A stretch of DNA of 64,000 nucleotides from NCBI RefSeq assembly GCF_026210795.1, contig NC_089429.1, forward strand, positions 558,001 to 622,000, written 5' to 3'. The notes under the pieces were generated by a model, which was not told the origin of the DNA, made no database searches, and was given only the letters and a program-made list of their open reading frames with translations. The position numbers and the translations under genes are program-made. Source of the stretch: Rhizophagus irregularis (lineage: Eukaryota). Of the stretch, positions 61,990 through 64,000 are shown piece after piece (the stretch's first letter is position 1; each line of letters starts with the position of its first letter).

Positions 61990-64000
61990 TAGTGTACTTT
62001 TGGATATAGTGAGTGAGTTTTATACTAATACTACTAATAAATTAATAAAAGATTTTTTTATAACAATAGATTGTGTTTAGTGAGATTTATAAAAAATTTA
62101 ATGAGATTTCTTTTTAGTAATAGTTTGGTATAAAAAAATTTTCTGGGATTTTTTTTTAATAACAATATGTTGATAGTAGACAATTAACTTGTTAATAATT
62201 GTTTTTTAGTAAGATTTTTTTATAGTTCACAGTAACACTAATATTACTAGTAAGTAATATAAATGAAAGATTTTTATAACAATAGATTACATTTAATAAG
62301 GTTAATAAAAAAATTTTCTGAGATTTATTTTAATAACAATAGGTATGATAAATTTTTGGTGATTATTTTTTTTAGTAACAATAGATTGGTAATAGACAAT
62401 AAAAAATGTTATGAAAACATTAAAAACTGAACTGATAATGAATTGGTAAATCAGATCAGTTTTGGTCACAGTAATAATTGTCTATTACCAATCTATTGCT
62501 ATTAAAAAAAAAATCACCAAAAATTTTATCATATCTATTGTTATTTAAATAAATCCCAGAAAATTTTATATATTGTACTATACTAATTTGTCATAAAAAA
62601 ATTCCAGAAACTGATCTATTATATTAATAAAAAATCTAAAAAATTTTTTATATCTCTCCATTATAATATAGTAGTACTGATCTGTTGTTATCAAAAAAAT
62701 TTTTTATATTGATTTATTGACTCTATTGTTAAAAAAAAATTCAGAAAATATATTTATATCAATCTATTATTAAAAAAAAAGTTAAAATTTTTTTATATCT
62801 ATTCATTGTACTATACCAATCTAATGTTATTAAAAAAAGTCTCAGTAAATTTTTTGTATTGATCTATTGTTATTAAAAAAAATCTCCCAAAATTTTTTTA
62901 TATGTCATTAAATATAATCTATTTATAAAAAATCTTTTATTAACTCATTAAACTAACTATTAATACCTATTAGTAGTAGTATTACTGGAAAAAATCTTAC
63001 TAAAAAACAATTATTAATTGAACAAATTAATAATCAGTTGTCTATTACCAATCTATTGTTATTAAAAAAAATCACAAAAAAATTTATTAAATTAGTCCAT
63101 TGTACTATACCTATCTATTGTTATTAAAATAATCCCAGAAAATTTTATATCTAGTAACTATTGTACTATACCAATCTAGTATTGTTATTAAAAAAAAATC
63201 CTTAAAATTTTTTATTTCTATCCATTATACCATACTGATCTATTGTTATTAAAAAAAATCCAGAAAATTTTATACTGATATAATGACTTATTGCTAAAAA
63301 AAAATCCCAGAAAATATATTCATATCAATCTATTATTAAAAAAAAAGAATTCAGAAATATTTTTTTATATCTATACATTGTATTATACCAATCTGTTATT
63401 ATTAAAATAGATCCCAGAAAATTTTATTATATCTATCTATTGTACTATACCATTCTATTATATCTCAAAAAATTTTTTTATTAACCTTATTAAATGTAAT
63501 TAAAATCTTTTATTATCATTACTTATTAGTAATATTAGTGTTACTATGTTGAAGATAGGGCCGTCTGGCTAAGATAACGCATTACAAATGTTGTCTACCT
63601 ACTGAGTCTAACGATCACTCGACAGTGCACACGTGGGGTACTATACGTATGACGAGTGGTTTGTAGTTTAATTATATTAGAGTAGCTTTTAGAATCATAC
63701 TATGTATACATATTCTTTTATTTTTCTACTTTAATAAAACTGCAAATGCGCTGCGATTAAAAAAAAAAGTAATATTAGTGTTACTGTGAACTGTAAAAAA
63801 ATTATTAACTTCCGTTAATAAGTTACCAATCTATTGAAATTAAAAAATAAATCACAGAAAATTTTTATTATATCTATCTATTGTGCTATACCAATATATT
63901 GTTATTAAGGAAGAATTCCAAAAAAATTTTATTATATCATCTATTATATGATACCAATTTACTGTTATTAAAAAAAAATTCCAAAAAATTTATTACATCT
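61990..64000. mobile_element. TIR element copy 2 (runs off the window), with the same retroposed insert at 63546-63767
   Basis: Near-identical to 57805-59620, with ~190 bp of extra subrepeats (63055-63240) and a perfect 18-bp TSD around the insert. Confidence 0.9.

Overview
Very AT-rich, intron-rich eukaryotic DNA. The gene families (CxxC-x10-CxxC/NWTSGN + HRDLHSGN/DLG TKL-type kinases, Crinkler protein, short GT-AG introns) point to an arbuscular mycorrhizal fungus (Rhizophagus-like); this is an inference from family content. The window is a birth-and-death tandem array on the minus strand: four apparently intact 9-exon kinase paralogues, four kinase pseudogenes/remnants, three YakC/AKR13-like aldo-keto reductases (one dead), and one Crinkler gene. 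Spliced, the Crinkler encodes CRN-NTD + P-loop NTPase + PD-(D/E)XK nuclease, with a helix-hairpin-helix tail cut off by an in-frame stop. A small 3-exon gene family resembling a mitochondrial membrane protein is present in three copies. Intergenic DNA holds many non-autonomous elements with visible hallmarks: Helitrons, Mutator-, CMC- and TA-type MITEs, a TG..CA element and 5'-truncated LINE tails. The last 10 kb is a nested foldback complex: ~1 kb inverted arms, an apparently spliced non-coding loop, a 2 kb TIR element in two copies carrying a retroposed insert, and a doubly palindromic 60-bp satellite. No rRNA, tRNA or CRISPR was seen. All calls were made by eye; exon and element boundaries need confirmation.
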